64,000 bases of DNA from Candidatus Hydrogenedentota bacterium (GTDB taxonomy: Bacteria; Hydrogenedentota; Hydrogenedentia; Hydrogenedentales; SLHB01), in NCBI GenBank assembly GCA_045863335.1, contig BTVY01000003.1:96001-160000 (forward strand), read 5' to 3'. The position numbers and the translations under genes are program-made. A model generated the notes under the pieces. That model saw only the letters and a program-made list of their open reading frames with translations. It ran no database searches and was not told where the DNA came from. The stretch's first letter is position 1; every line of letters starts with the position of its first letter. Below, piece after piece: positions 29,369-39,099 of this stretch.

Positions 29369-30097
29369 TTATCGCAAATTCACCCGCGCGCCGTACAACT
29401 CGATCATGCGGCGGTTCCATTCGTCGCCGCCGGGCAGGTTCGCGGTCTTGAACACGGGCGGTTCGGCGCCGCTTTCCGCGAACCGGCGCGACACGCCATA
29501 GACGATCTGCTCCACGATCGCGATGCCCACAAGGCTCGATGTGGGACCCGTCATGAGATCGGTTCCGGGAATCGGCAAGGCCGCGTCTCCCGGTCCGCCG
29601 CAATTATCGATGACCACGTCGCAGATCTCGTAGAGTTTCTTGTCCTGTCCCGCGCCGTATTTCGCGGCCCTCGATTGCTCCAACGAGGTAATCGCGACGG
29701 TCTTGATCCCGCGTCCCTTCGCGATGAGCGCCATCTCCACCGGGACGGCGTTTTTCCCGCTCGTCGAAACGATGGTCAACACTTCTCCGGCGCGGATGTC
29801 CTGCTTATCGAGCACCACCTTCGCGAGCCCTGGCAGGCGCTCGAGGTCGGTGCTGGTGATCGGTCCTTCATGTTGCATGAGCGCGGGGAAGAGGATGGCA
29901 TTCACCGGCACCAAACCGCCCGCGCGGTAGTACACCTCCTCGCCGATGAAATGGGAGTGCCCCGTGCCGAAAATGTGCCAGACGCCGCCGTCCAACAGGC
30001 TCTCCGCCACCAGACTAATCGCGGCGTCGATGGTTTTGGCCTGCGTTTGTTCTACTTGTTCCAGAATTTTGCGTGCGATGGAAAAGAATTCGAGCAT
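29369..30097 (-). CDS. SIS (sugar isomerase) domain protein, UPF0309-like
   Basis: IFGTGHS...EE..YRAGGL, STSGKN.VP.EMA, PPVFKTAN..GGD; RBS GGAGG before the ATG at 30097. Confidence 0.85.
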   Translation of the reverse strand: MLEFFSIARKILEQVEQTQAKTIDAAISLVAESLLDGGVWHIFGTGHSHFIGEEVYYRAGGLVPVNAILFPALMQHEGPITSTDLERLPGLAKVVLDKQDIRAGEVLTIVSTSGKNAVPVEMALIAKGRGIKTVAITSLEQSRAAKYGAGQDKKLYEICDVVIDNCGGPGDAALPIPGTDLMTGPTSSLVGIAIVEQIVYGVSRRFAESGAEPPVFKTANLPGGDEWNRRMIELYGARVNLR

Positions 30098-30196
30098 GAT
30101 GGTCAATACCTCCGATGGATTAGTATACCGAACGTTGCGGACTTTTGTTAGCATGCGCCTTACAACGACGCGGCCGGATGCAATGGAGGGTACGAA

Positions 30197-32593
30197 ATGC
30201 CGGGGAATCGTCGAAGTTTCTTCAAACGCGTGCTGGGCTTGTTCGGCGGAGGCGGCTTGCTGTCGGTCCCAACATCGGCCGCAGATCATCCTGGTGAGAC
30301 AGCGGGGGAGCACGCGGCGCCGGATCCCGCGGCAACACACGTGCTGCTCGACGGTCAAAGCACTGATGTCCATACGGACCTGGACTTCGACCTCGTCATC
30401 GTCGGCGGAGGCATCGCCGGAACCACGGCCGCCATCAGCGCGGCGCGTAACGGCGTGAAAGTTGCCCTGGTGCATGAGCGTTCCATGCTCGGCGGCAATT
30501 CCTCCAGCGAGGTGAAGCTCGTCCCCGAGAATATTGCGGGACATCGCGCGTGGGTGAAAGAAATGGGCATCCACGACGAGTTCCACACGGAAGAACGCGT
30601 GCGCGATCATCAGGTCGGCCGCGAGGGCCTCATGAACTGCCACTGGGATCTGGTCCTATATGAGAAGGTCATCCTGGAACCCAACATTACGCTGTTTCTC
30701 AATACCCACATGCACCGCGTTACCATGCGCGACTCGGCTCGTATCGATTCCATCTACTGCATCCAACTGGGTTCCGAACGAACCTTTACGCTTCGCGCGC
30801 CGCTTTTCCTCGACGCCACCGGCGATGGCGTGCTGGCCCACCGCGCCGGAGCGGAATGCCGCTGGGGCCGTGAAGCGCGAGCGGAGTTCGGCGAAGAGGC
30901 CGCGCCGGAAGCGCCCGACGACAAGAAGATGGGTAGCACGCTCTTCTTCCGCGCCATGGACACGGGACGTCCGGTACCGTTTGCGCGACCCGAGTGGGCA
31001 GCGGAGTTTCCCACCGAGGACGACTTGTACAAGCGCGGACATTCCCACATCGAAGGCGGGTACTGGTGGATCGAAGTCGGCACGCCGTACCACCAAATCC
31101 ATGACAACAACGCCATGACCCACGAAGCGTTGCGGCAATTGCTCGGCGTCTGGGATCACATCAAGAATCGCGGCGACCACGGCGCTGAGAACTACGGGCT
31201 GGAATTCGTCGGCTGGTGGCCGTACAAGCGCGAGTGCCGCCGGATCATGGGGGACTACGTCATTTCGCAGCAACATCTCCAGAATCCGAAACTCCTCGAC
31301 GACGCGGTCGCCTACGGCGCGTGGAGCATCGATATTCACACGCAAGGCGGTGTGCTCGCTCGGGATCAGATTCCCTGCCCGCCGCTGCGGAACGACGAGT
31401 ATTGGGACGAGGTAAGCACCTACCCTTACGGCATTCCCCTCCGCGCGCTCTACTCGAAGAATGTCGACAACCTCATGATGGCGGGTCGGCCGATCAGTTG
31501 TTCCTACGTGGGGTTCTCATCGTCCCGCGTACTCTCGACCGGCTGCATCGTCGGACAAGCTGTGGGTGTGGCGGCCGCTGTATGCATCAAGCGCGGTGCA
31601 TCTCCCCGTGGCGTGGCGCGGCGTCACGCGCGCGAAGTGCAACAACTCATCCTTAAACAGGACGGCCACATTCCCGGGGTCGCCAATGAAGATCCCAACG
31701 ACCTCGCCCGGCAGGCAAAGGTTACCGCAAGCAGCAGCGCGGCACTGCACTTTCCCGAAGGGGCCGAACCTTTCGATCTTTCCTTTCCCCACGCGCAGAT
31801 ATTCCCGGTTTCCGGCGATCGTGTCGATGAAATTGCGTTGTTCCTTGAGTCAGAACTCTACGTGGATACAAAAGTCTCACTCACGCTGCGAGAAGCCCCG
31901 CACGTGTGGGATTTTCGCGCGACCGAGGACCTGGCGAGCGCGACTGGCGTTGTGCCGGCGCGATCGCGCGGTTGGGTGACCTTTCCGATGAACGTTCGCG
32001 TGACGCCAGAGCGCTTCTACGCGGTATTTCTACCAGCCATGCCCGGCCTGCACTGGTTGGGATACCAAGACGTACACGGCATGCCTTGCGTCAGTCCCGT
32101 CGGCGTTACCCCGGCCGACCTTCCCGGCGCGAAACGGTGGCGACCCATGGTTGGCGGAGTTTCCCTGGCCATGCGCATGACGCCCAAGAGCCGCCCCTTC
32201 GAAGCAGCCAATGTGAACCGTGGTACGAACCGGCCGGATCGGTGGACCAATCTCTGGATGTCCGACCCGACACACCCGTTTCCCGCGACGCTCGAACTGG
32301 GCTGGCCAAAGGCGATTGCTTGTAGCACGATTCAACTGACCTTCGACACCAACGCAAATTACCGCGTACGCGACGCCCTGTTCCGATACCCGGAATGCGT
32401 ACGCGACTACCGATTGGATTACCGGGATGGTTCGGCGTGGAAGCGCATTGTGGAAGTAACCGGGAACTATGTGCGCCGCCGCGTACATCGCTTTGATCGC
32501 GTCAGGTCCGACGCGATTCGACTGACCGCGCTGGCAACGAACGGCAGCCCCAGCGCGCGGGTTTACGAAGTTCGGGTGTATGACGAAGCGTGA
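30197..32593 (+). CDS. Tat-exported FAD-dependent oxidoreductase with C-terminal F5/8-like domain
   Basis: NRRSFFK twin-arginine signal, VGGGIAG..AA..AAR, LGGNSSSE, DATGDG, KRECRR, NLMMAGR.IS. Confidence 0.85.
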   Translation: MPGNRRSFFKRVLGLFGGGGLLSVPTSAADHPGETAGEHAAPDPAATHVLLDGQSTDVHTDLDFDLVIVGGGIAGTTAAISAARNGVKVALVHERSMLGGNSSSEVKLVPENIAGHRAWVKEMGIHDEFHTEERVRDHQVGREGLMNCHWDLVLYEKVILEPNITLFLNTHMHRVTMRDSARIDSIYCIQLGSERTFTLRAPLFLDATGDGVLAHRAGAECRWGREARAEFGEEAAPEAPDDKKMGSTLFFRAMDTGRPVPFARPEWAAEFPTEDDLYKRGHSHIEGGYWWIEVGTPYHQIHDNNAMTHEALRQLLGVWDHIKNRGDHGAENYGLEFVGWWPYKRECRRIMGDYVISQQHLQNPKLLDDAVAYGAWSIDIHTQGGVLARDQIPCPPLRNDEYWDEVSTYPYGIPLRALYSKNVDNLMMAGRPISCSYVGFSSSRVLSTGCIVGQAVGVAAAVCIKRGASPRGVARRHAREVQQLILKQDGHIPGVANEDPNDLARQAKVTASSSAALHFPEGAEPFDLSFPHAQIFPVSGDRVDEIALFLESELYVDTKVSLTLREAPHVWDFRATEDLASATGVVPARSRGWVTFPMNVRVTPERFYAVFLPAMPGLHWLGYQDVHGMPCVSPVGVTPADLPGAKRWRPMVGGVSLAMRMTPKSRPFEAANVNRGTNRPDRWTNLWMSDPTHPFPATLELGWPKAIACSTIQLTFDTNANYRVRDALFRYPECVRDYRLDYRDGSAWKRIVEVTGNYVRRRVHRFDRVRSDAIRLTALATNGSPSARVYEVRVYDEA

Positions 32594-32661
32594 GCATGTG
32601 AGAAGGCAAAAGCAAAACAGTCACATACCGTCATTCTGAGCGAAGTGAGCAACGAGAATTA

Positions 32662-33525
32662 TCATTCGTCTTCGCTGCCACCGATCTTGAGATGCGCCAC
32701 GACGGGAAAATGGTCGCTCGGGTAGCGCCCGTCGTAATTGTACGTCACCGTTTCACACCGATCCGCAACGATGCCGCCGCGGGTCATGATCCAGTCGATG
32801 CGCCGGTCGGAATCGACTTCCGGCGCCTTGAAGGCGCCCCACGTGACCGCCGGTCCAACACGTTCCGCTGCCGTGTCCCATGCGTCAGCGAGTCCGCCGT
32901 CGATCAGAATCGAATACGGGATGCTGTTTGCAGCGATGGAATTGAAGTCGCCTGTTAGAACCAAGGGAACATCGTCCGGCAATGTCTCGATAAAATCGAG
33001 CACCACCTTCGACCCGCCTTGCCGCGCCGGTTCGCTGCGATGATCGAGGTGGGTGTTGATCAAATAGAAGGCCTGACCGCTGGCGTGGTGGTGGAACCGC
33101 GCCCAAGTCGCCATGCGGTTGCACGCCGAGTCCCAGGAGGAACTGCCAGGCGCCTTGGGCGTTTCCGAAAGCCAGAAGTTGCCGGATTCGATTGGACTGA
33201 TTAAGTCGGCCCGATACAGTACGGCCATCCGCTCGCCGCTGCCGTCCGCTTCGCGTGCCACGCCGAACCAGCGAAAGTGGGGGAGTTGCTCCACCAGATA
33301 ATCCGCCTGGAAGTCGAGGCATTCCTGCGTGCCGATGACGATCGGGTCTTGTTCGCGGATCATGTCGACGACAATTTCTTTGCGATTTTCCCAGGAATTG
33401 TCGCCGTCGTTCGCAGAACCAAACCGGATGTTGAACGACATGACGCGGAGATCCACCTCTTCTGCAAGGGACTGTGCACTTGCGGTGGCAAGCAGACCCA
33501 GCACAACAAGAATTCGAAGGAACAT
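32662..33525 (-). CDS. Secreted endonuclease/exonuclease/phosphatase family protein
   Basis: VMSFNIR, GTQE, NTHLDH, TGDFN, RIDWI, SDHFPV. Confidence 0.9.
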   Translation of the reverse strand: MFLRILVVLGLLATASAQSLAEEVDLRVMSFNIRFGSANDGDNSWENRKEIVVDMIREQDPIVIGTQECLDFQADYLVEQLPHFRWFGVAREADGSGERMAVLYRADLISPIESGNFWLSETPKAPGSSSWDSACNRMATWARFHHHASGQAFYLINTHLDHRSEPARQGGSKVVLDFIETLPDDVPLVLTGDFNSIAANSIPYSILIDGGLADAWDTAAERVGPAVTWGAFKAPEVDSDRRIDWIMTRGGIVADRCETVTYNYDGRYPSDHFPVVAHLKIGGSEDE

Positions 33526-33559
33526 AAGTGCAAATCCTTTCCCATCTCAATGGCACTGA

Positions 33560-34495
33560 TTACGACTTGGCCGCAGGCGAGGACGCGCAACACGGACATT
33601 CGACGGCGGCGAATAACGCGCGAACCCGGTCTATTGCAGGTTCGGAAAAGAAGCCGGTGCTGGTGCGTTCATAAGATTCCCGCAATGCGTCCACTTCGCG
33701 ATCCAACTGGCTGTGGAGCGCCGATATCCCCTCGCGCGCATCCCGGTCCAACTTCTTTGCAAGCCGTTCCACATGATCGCGCAGGATGCGGATGTCGTTC
33801 CAATCGCCCAGCGTCTGTTGGGTCTCTTTGAGGATAGCTAAAAAAGTCGTCATGGGTTCGTCATACAGGGGATGAAAAACTTCGCAGGTGTAGCGCAGCC
33901 GCTTGAACGCGATTCGGACCTGATGGAGATCTTCGTCGCCGTGGGACTCGATCCACATCGCGTTTTTCGCCACGACTTTGTCCAACCGCTTGTTCAGATT
34001 CGCGGCGGCCGCATCCGCGTAGCACCTCTTTCTACTCTTTACGTTGGAGAGAAGCTTCTCGAGGCTGGTCGAGAAGCGGCCATCCTGAATGAGATGTACG
34101 GAAGCGTCCACATTGGGATCTTCATCCTGACGCTCGGCGCGCAACGCGCGGAGGACTTTGGTGGCGGCGGTACGGGCCGGACCCTTCAGGGTCTTTCGGC
34201 GCTGACTCAGAAGATCAACGGTCACATCCAGTTCTCGAGCCGTACCGAGGCCCCGGGTCACGGCGCGCACCCGGCACTGAAACTCCTCCAGAACCTTCTT
34301 TTTGAATGTTTTTTTGTGCGCGCGGAGGTGGGAGCGGATTCTGCGTGACGCGACCCGGACGTCGTGAATCGCATCGGCATCGTTGTCGCCGGCTGGTCCC
34401 GCGGCAGCCTCCAAGGCTTCCACTCGCTCGGCAAGCGACTGGGTCGCAAATTCCTCATAAAGACTGCAGTGCTTAGGCACGTCGAACTCCGTCAA
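33560..34495 (-). CDS. CHAD-domain (polyphosphate-binding) protein
   Basis: IHDVRVASRRIRS, LG.ARELDV, LHQVRIAFKRLRY, Q..LGDWND. Confidence 0.9.
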   Translation of the reverse strand: MTEFDVPKHCSLYEEFATQSLAERVEALEAAAGPAGDNDADAIHDVRVASRRIRSHLRAHKKTFKKKVLEEFQCRVRAVTRGLGTARELDVTVDLLSQRRKTLKGPARTAATKVLRALRAERQDEDPNVDASVHLIQDGRFSTSLEKLLSNVKSRKRCYADAAAANLNKRLDKVVAKNAMWIESHGDEDLHQVRIAFKRLRYTCEVFHPLYDEPMTTFLAILKETQQTLGDWNDIRILRDHVERLAKKLDRDAREGISALHSQLDREVDALRESYERTSTGFFSEPAIDRVRALFAAVECPCCASSPAAKS

Positions 34496-35205
34496 TCTTC
34501 GTGGCGGATACGGCCCCTCCAGCCTTCCGGAAGGCCATAGGCATGCACAATGCGCACATCCGGCGAACGGGATATTCCGCCAGGATTCAACCCCGGCTCC
34601 CCTTCCGGGACCGGCACTCCCAACTCCTCATAGTAGTCTACCCAAGGTCCGAAAGTCTCTCCGGTCTTCGGGTCGCGAAAGGTCATGGGTTCCACGGCAA
34701 AAACAGGCTCCCCTTCGTTTGCCAGCCGGAAGGCTTCGTACACGAGTTCCGAGCAGTAGAAAGTCGAGTCCTCCATGACATACACCGAGTCGTATGGCAA
34801 TCCCATGAAGCGGCGCGCTGTGTCGAGCGCGTCCGGTATGAGCGCAGCGTATGGTTCGTCCAAGCGGCCAACCAGGACTTTGGGGTGGCCTTGGGCGTCG
34901 TGGCTTCGGTCCAGGAATGTGGACAAGGGTGTCTCGACGACTCCCGCGCTGACCGCTTCCAGGATCAGGGGTTCGGTACCATCCACTTTGGAGACGATTC
35001 CGACGTGCGAAAGGTGCGCCCCATCGATGCCGCGCGTGACGGTTTCAATGGCATCGCAGAGGGGACCGCAGTCGATATCCTGAAACAAGAGATCGCCCGG
35101 TTGCAGCGCGAAGTCCGCGTCATGCGAACGATTCGATTGACACCCCGACGAAACTAGCCCAATTGTCCATAGTGCTATCAGCGTTTTTGCAAGGGGTCTT
35201 CTCAT
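34492..35205 (-). CDS. YiiX/YebB-like permuted papain (NlpC/P60) lipoprotein
   Basis: LQPGDLLFQ, SHVGIV, FYCSELV; lipobox VSSGC; start reassigned to the ATG at 35205. Confidence 0.85.
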   Translation of the reverse strand: MRRPLAKTLIALWTIGLVSSGCQSNRSHDADFALQPGDLLFQDIDCGPLCDAIETVTRGIDGAHLSHVGIVSKVDGTEPLILEAVSAGVVETPLSTFLDRSHDAQGHPKVLVGRLDEPYAALIPDALDTARRFMGLPYDSVYVMEDSTFYCSELVYEAFRLANEGEPVFAVEPMTFRDPKTGETFGPWVDYYEELGVPVPEGEPGLNPGGISRSPDVRIVHAYGLPEGWRGRIRHED

Positions 35206-35825
35206 CTCTCCTCGACTTCTCCGGTAATCTCCACTTCGAGACCGAATGTATCCTCGAATAGCCCGCGTTTTCGCTGCCCGCCCCAGATATCGGTGGGGCT
35301 GGATCGACGGAGTCCCACCGTGATGGCGATCCGGGCATCCTGCAGCTCCGCGCGAAGATCTCGCACGGCCGCGTCGTGCGCGCGGTCCAGTCCGTCCGCG
35401 ATTCGGAGTAGTGCTGCGAGCTTCGTGACCAATGCCTGCGAATCGGAGTCCAACTCGCAAAAAATCTTGTGCGACTTACTTGGATGCGTCTTCCGGTGAT
35501 ACCGGGCAATCATCGCTACAACCGCCCGTTCCGTCTCCGAGAACCCCGGCAGTTCATAACCCAGGATCAAATCTCGTGCGTGTTTATGGTGCCCTTGTTC
35601 GCTAATCGTATGGCCGATGTCGTGCAATAACGCGCCCGCAGACAGCAAGCGACGCGCGTCCGCACCCAGGCCATGGATAAACGTGGTCCGATCAAACAGG
35701 ATCTCCGCCAACTTGCACACCTGGAACGCGTGTTCCGGCTCGGGGTCAACCTCCCGGGCGAGACGCCGTACCGACGCAATTCCTGGGTCGGCGGCACGCG
35801 CTTTATCCGGTTGGCGTCTCGTCAC
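35202..35825 (-). CDS. Stand-alone HD domain protein resembling the C-terminal half of Ppx/GppA
   Basis: HA.QV..LA..LFD, ALLHDIG..IS...HHKH, ARYHRK, LLRIADGLDR.H; no ASKHA catalytic domain. Confidence 0.85.
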   Translation of the reverse strand: MTRRQPDKARAADPGIASVRRLAREVDPEPEHAFQVCKLAEILFDRTTFIHGLGADARRLLSAGALLHDIGHTISEQGHHKHARDLILGYELPGFSETERAVVAMIARYHRKTHPSKSHKIFCELDSDSQALVTKLAALLRIADGLDRAHDAAVRDLRAELQDARIAITVGLRRSSPTDIWGGQRKRGLFEDTFGLEVEITGEVEER

Positions 35826-35840
35826 AGCGGCGATCCCAGA

Positions 35841-38800
35841 TCATTCCTTGGTGAGCGCGCTCAAACCCAGGTCGACGAATTGCCCGCCACTGGTCTGGCG
35901 GCAGTGCATGGCGATGGCATTTTCTTTTCCGGGTTTGAACAGCTTCCGTTGCTCCGGCGTAAGGGGAATCCGCTCGTAATCGCGGAGGTAGCCCTTGCGC
36001 TCCACCAGCAAATCGCCGTTAACGTACACCTCGACATCCTCATCGTGATGCAGCATCAGCCACGCCGGGGCCGTGTCGAAACCTTTCGGTATAGCGACGC
36101 GCGTTCGCAACCAGATATCTGCGGTGGTCCAGTCAGTGCCGACGCGGGCGTTCGGCGTGCCATTCGTCCCAAACCCCGCCTTTCCGCTGGGCCAACCACC
36201 GTCATCGAAATCCCCCGCGCGCCATCCATCGCCGGGGTCAGCCGTCGTGTACCGCCACTCCGCGCCGTTGGGACCAGTCTTGATCAGCGTTTCCGCGCGG
36301 CTGGCGATCGCGTTCACGGCCTTCGCCGATTCCTCGGGTTTGGCAGCGCCTGGCGTCAATTCCAGCAAGAGCGTCGGATCCATGGGCCACTGCCCCATGG
36401 TCGCGCCGTAGAGCGCCAGGCCGCCGATATGCGTTGCGTCAGCCGCCACTTCGAATCGAATGGGAATGGTGCGGTCACTGCTCATCGCGGATTGAACAGC
36501 TTTCAAGGCCTCGCCTTCGAGCGGCAGGTTCACGATGCGCCCGTAGGAACCGTGATGGTATGCGGCCACGTGCGACAGCACACCCTTGGCGTCGGCGAAG
36601 TCCGAGGCAATCGTGACCGTATCGACCGGCACTCCGGCAATCGACACCGTGACGTCAGTCGGCCATTCCTTCCCGTCGGTCTGCGGGTAGTCTTCGGGCT
36701 TGGTGCGCGCGGGCCAGTCGAGGCGTTCCTGGTCGGCCTTGGCCCCGATCTCCGCGACCAGCCGGGCACCCACGATATCTGCAGGTTTCATCCCCTTCGG
36801 AAACTGGAGTTGATACTCGAAGAAGGTGGATTTGAAACCGCATACCTTATCCGCCTCCGCTGGCATGACTTCCCCGGAATCACCGAGGTTGGTGCCGGAG
36901 TACGACTGGACTGGGAAAGTTGATGCGTACAGATTCGGCTCGTTCCACACGGAACCACCAGTGACGTGGACGACACAATAATTTGCGCCAACCCTTTTGC
37001 CTTCGGCCAACACCTCGGCGACCACCGAAATCAACCCGGTCCCATTCGGCGCGGTGAAGTCAAAGGTCCCTTGCGGCGTGACGCGAAATGGCGTTGCTTC
37101 GACGCCGCGCTCGACCGCGGGAATCCACTCGTTCCAGGGGCGTCCATCGACGGTCTTCCCGTGGACTGAATACCGAATCTTCAAGTTCTGCCGTTGCGAC
37201 CAATGGCTGAGCAGCACGGGAATCTGCACCGTGTCTCCTGCCGCGACCTTCTGGTAGGGTGGACAATCCAGCACGGGAAAATCGGCGCTCTGGAGATCGG
37301 CCACGGAGATGTCGGCGGGATAGTTGTAGACCTTGTCGGATCGGTCGTAATTCATGAATCCGTTGTGTTCCCACTCGATATCGGACAACTCCGTGTAAAT
37401 GTATCCGGTAATCTTGTCGTACTTGCGAAGCAGGTTGGTCAGGAACAGGAAGACCCATGAGATGTCGCGGTCGCCGGAGCCGGCGCTGACCCCACCGTAT
37501 TCCGAATTCATGAGCGGCGCGGTTCCCTGAACCCATCCCTCGGCATAGTTGAACTGCGACCCCGGGTAGGTTTTCTCAACGACCTCCGCGATGTGATCCC
37601 GGGCGCGCTCGAAATTGTCGATGTAGAAGTGCCAGGAATTGATATCCGTCTCTGTGTGGTCGTAATTGCACGGTGAGTTCTCTTCAACAAGTCGCGTAGG
37701 GTCCAGCTCCTTGGTGAGTTTCCACATGGAGTGCGCCCACTCTTGTGCTGCCTTGTCGTAGCCCTCGTGTCCGATGCCCCAGGTCTCGTTAAAATCGACC
37801 CACGCAAAAATGCTCGGGTGGTTGAAATCCCGGTCGACCTGTTTGCGCAGCGTGTATTCCCATGCGCCGTACGCCCGGTCCGACTTGTCCCAGAAATTCG
37901 GCACGTCGCACATGAGCAGCACGCCCAGCTTGTCCGCCCAATACAAGGCCCGCGGTTCCTCGGTCTTGATATGGATGCGCAGGCAATTCAGGCCGTATTC
38001 CTTCGCCTTCTCATAGTCGCGCCGGATGTATTCGTCGTCGGGATGGGTATAGATGCCTTTCGGATTGAATGACTGGTGCAGCGCACCCCGGAGGTAAATC
38101 GGCTTGTTGTTCAGCAGGATATATTCAAACTCGCTGCCGCCGTAGGTTCCGCGCGACACTTTGCGCATGCCGAAGTACGTGCTCACCTCATCGACCACGA
38201 CGTCGCCGCGCTGCAGCCGGACCGTGACGTCGTACAGGGCGGGGAAATCGGGAGACCAGAGCGCCGGGTTCGGAACGGCCAATTCCAAGGTCGCTTGGTT
38301 GGGGCCTTCTTGTAAAGCGACCTGCTGCGACTGCGACACCGTTTGCTCTTCGTGGCGCGCTTCAATTGCCAGCGTGTAATCGCCGGCCTCCGGCGCGAGA
38401 ACGGTCGCATTCACGACCGCGCGCTCGGCATCAATGTCCGGGCTGACGTGGGCGCGCTCGAAATAGGCCGCGCCGCGCGATTCGAGGTAGACCGTCTGCC
38501 AGATGCCGCCGACGTGCGTGTACCAGCGGACCTGTTTGCCGGTCGGGAGGTCCGGCGCGTTGTAGTCCTCGACGCGCAAGGTCACGAGGGCCGTTTCTCC
38601 GGGCTTGACCAGATCACTCAGCTCGATCTCGAAAGGCGTGTACCCGCCTTCGTGCGTCAAAATCTCCTGGCCGTTGACCCAAACCGTGGCCTTCCAATCC
38701 ACGGCGCCAAACACGAGAAAGTATCGCGGTCCCGCGTCGGTTGGAATCGGTATGTCGCGCTGGTACCATGCGACCCCGTCATAGTCGACGTTGTGAATGC

Positions 38801-39038
38801 CGGAAAGTTCGCTCTGCCACGGGTACGGCACATTGATCTGTTCGCCGAACTCGTGCGTCTCGAACCAGCGTTCCGCGACGCCTTTGTCGTCGGGGTCGAA
38901 GTCGAACTGCCACGGTCCGTTTAAATTCACCCACGGACGCGCCCAGTCCGGCCGGGGGTGAGATTCGAGCGACTGCCAGGCTTGGGACCAGGCTGGTGTA
39001 CATGCCAATACCAATGCGACGACACTCCGGCTGCTCAT
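35841..39038 (-). CDS. Secreted glycoside hydrolase family 2 with extra C-terminal domains
   Basis: LNGPWQFDFD, FGAVDW, HEGGYTPF, GIWQTVYLE, LWSP..P.LY, NHPSIFAW..FNETWG, NSEYGG. Confidence 0.88.
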   Translation of the reverse strand: MSSRSVVALVLACTPAWSQAWQSLESHPRPDWARPWVNLNGPWQFDFDPDDKGVAERWFETHEFGEQINVPYPWQSELSGIHNVDYDGVAWYQRDIPIPTDAGPRYFLVFGAVDWKATVWVNGQEILTHEGGYTPFEIELSDLVKPGETALVTLRVEDYNAPDLPTGKQVRWYTHVGGIWQTVYLESRGAAYFERAHVSPDIDAERAVVNATVLAPEAGDYTLAIEARHEEQTVSQSQQVALQEGPNQATLELAVPNPALWSPDFPALYDVTVRLQRGDVVVDEVSTYFGMRKVSRGTYGGSEFEYILLNNKPIYLRGALHQSFNPKGIYTHPDDEYIRRDYEKAKEYGLNCLRIHIKTEEPRALYWADKLGVLLMCDVPNFWDKSDRAYGAWEYTLRKQVDRDFNHPSIFAWVDFNETWGIGHEGYDKAAQEWAHSMWKLTKELDPTRLVEENSPCNYDHTETDINSWHFYIDNFERARDHIAEVVEKTYPGSQFNYAEGWVQGTAPLMNSEYGGVSAGSGDRDISWVFLFLTNLLRKYDKITGYIYTELSDIEWEHNGFMNYDRSDKVYNYPADISVADLQSADFPVLDCPPYQKVAAGDTVQIPVLLSHWSQRQNLKIRYSVHGKTVDGRPWNEWIPAVERGVEATPFRVTPQGTFDFTAPNGTGLISVVAEVLAEGKRVGANYCVVHVTGGSVWNEPNLYASTFPVQSYSGTNLGDSGEVMPAEADKVCGFKSTFFEYQLQFPKGMKPADIVGARLVAEIGAKADQERLDWPARTKPEDYPQTDGKEWPTDVTVSIAGVPVDTVTIASDFADAKGVLSHVAAYHHGSYGRIVNLPLEGEALKAVQSAMSSDRTIPIRFEVAADATHIGGLALYGATMGQWPMDPTLLLELTPGAAKPEESAKAVNAIASRAETLIKTGPNGAEWRYTTADPGDGWRAGDFDDGGWPSGKAGFGTNGTPNARVGTDWTTADIWLRTRVAIPKGFDTAPAWLMLHHDEDVEVYVNGDLLVERKGYLRDYERIPLTPEQRKLFKPGKENAIAMHCRQTSGGQFVDLGLSALTKE

Positions 39039-39099
39039 GTGACTTCTCCATAGAAAAACGAGGCGCCCCTACAACGATCTGACGTGGAAACGGTATCCT

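Noticed and set aside
30098-30643. N-terminal extension of the SIS ORF
   Set aside because: It is antisense to the FAD oxidoreductase; RBS and ATG lie at 30097
32630-32655. GTCATTCTGAGCGAAG repeat fragment between convergent genes
   Set aside because: It is a single partial copy in the window, so it cannot be supported as a repeat
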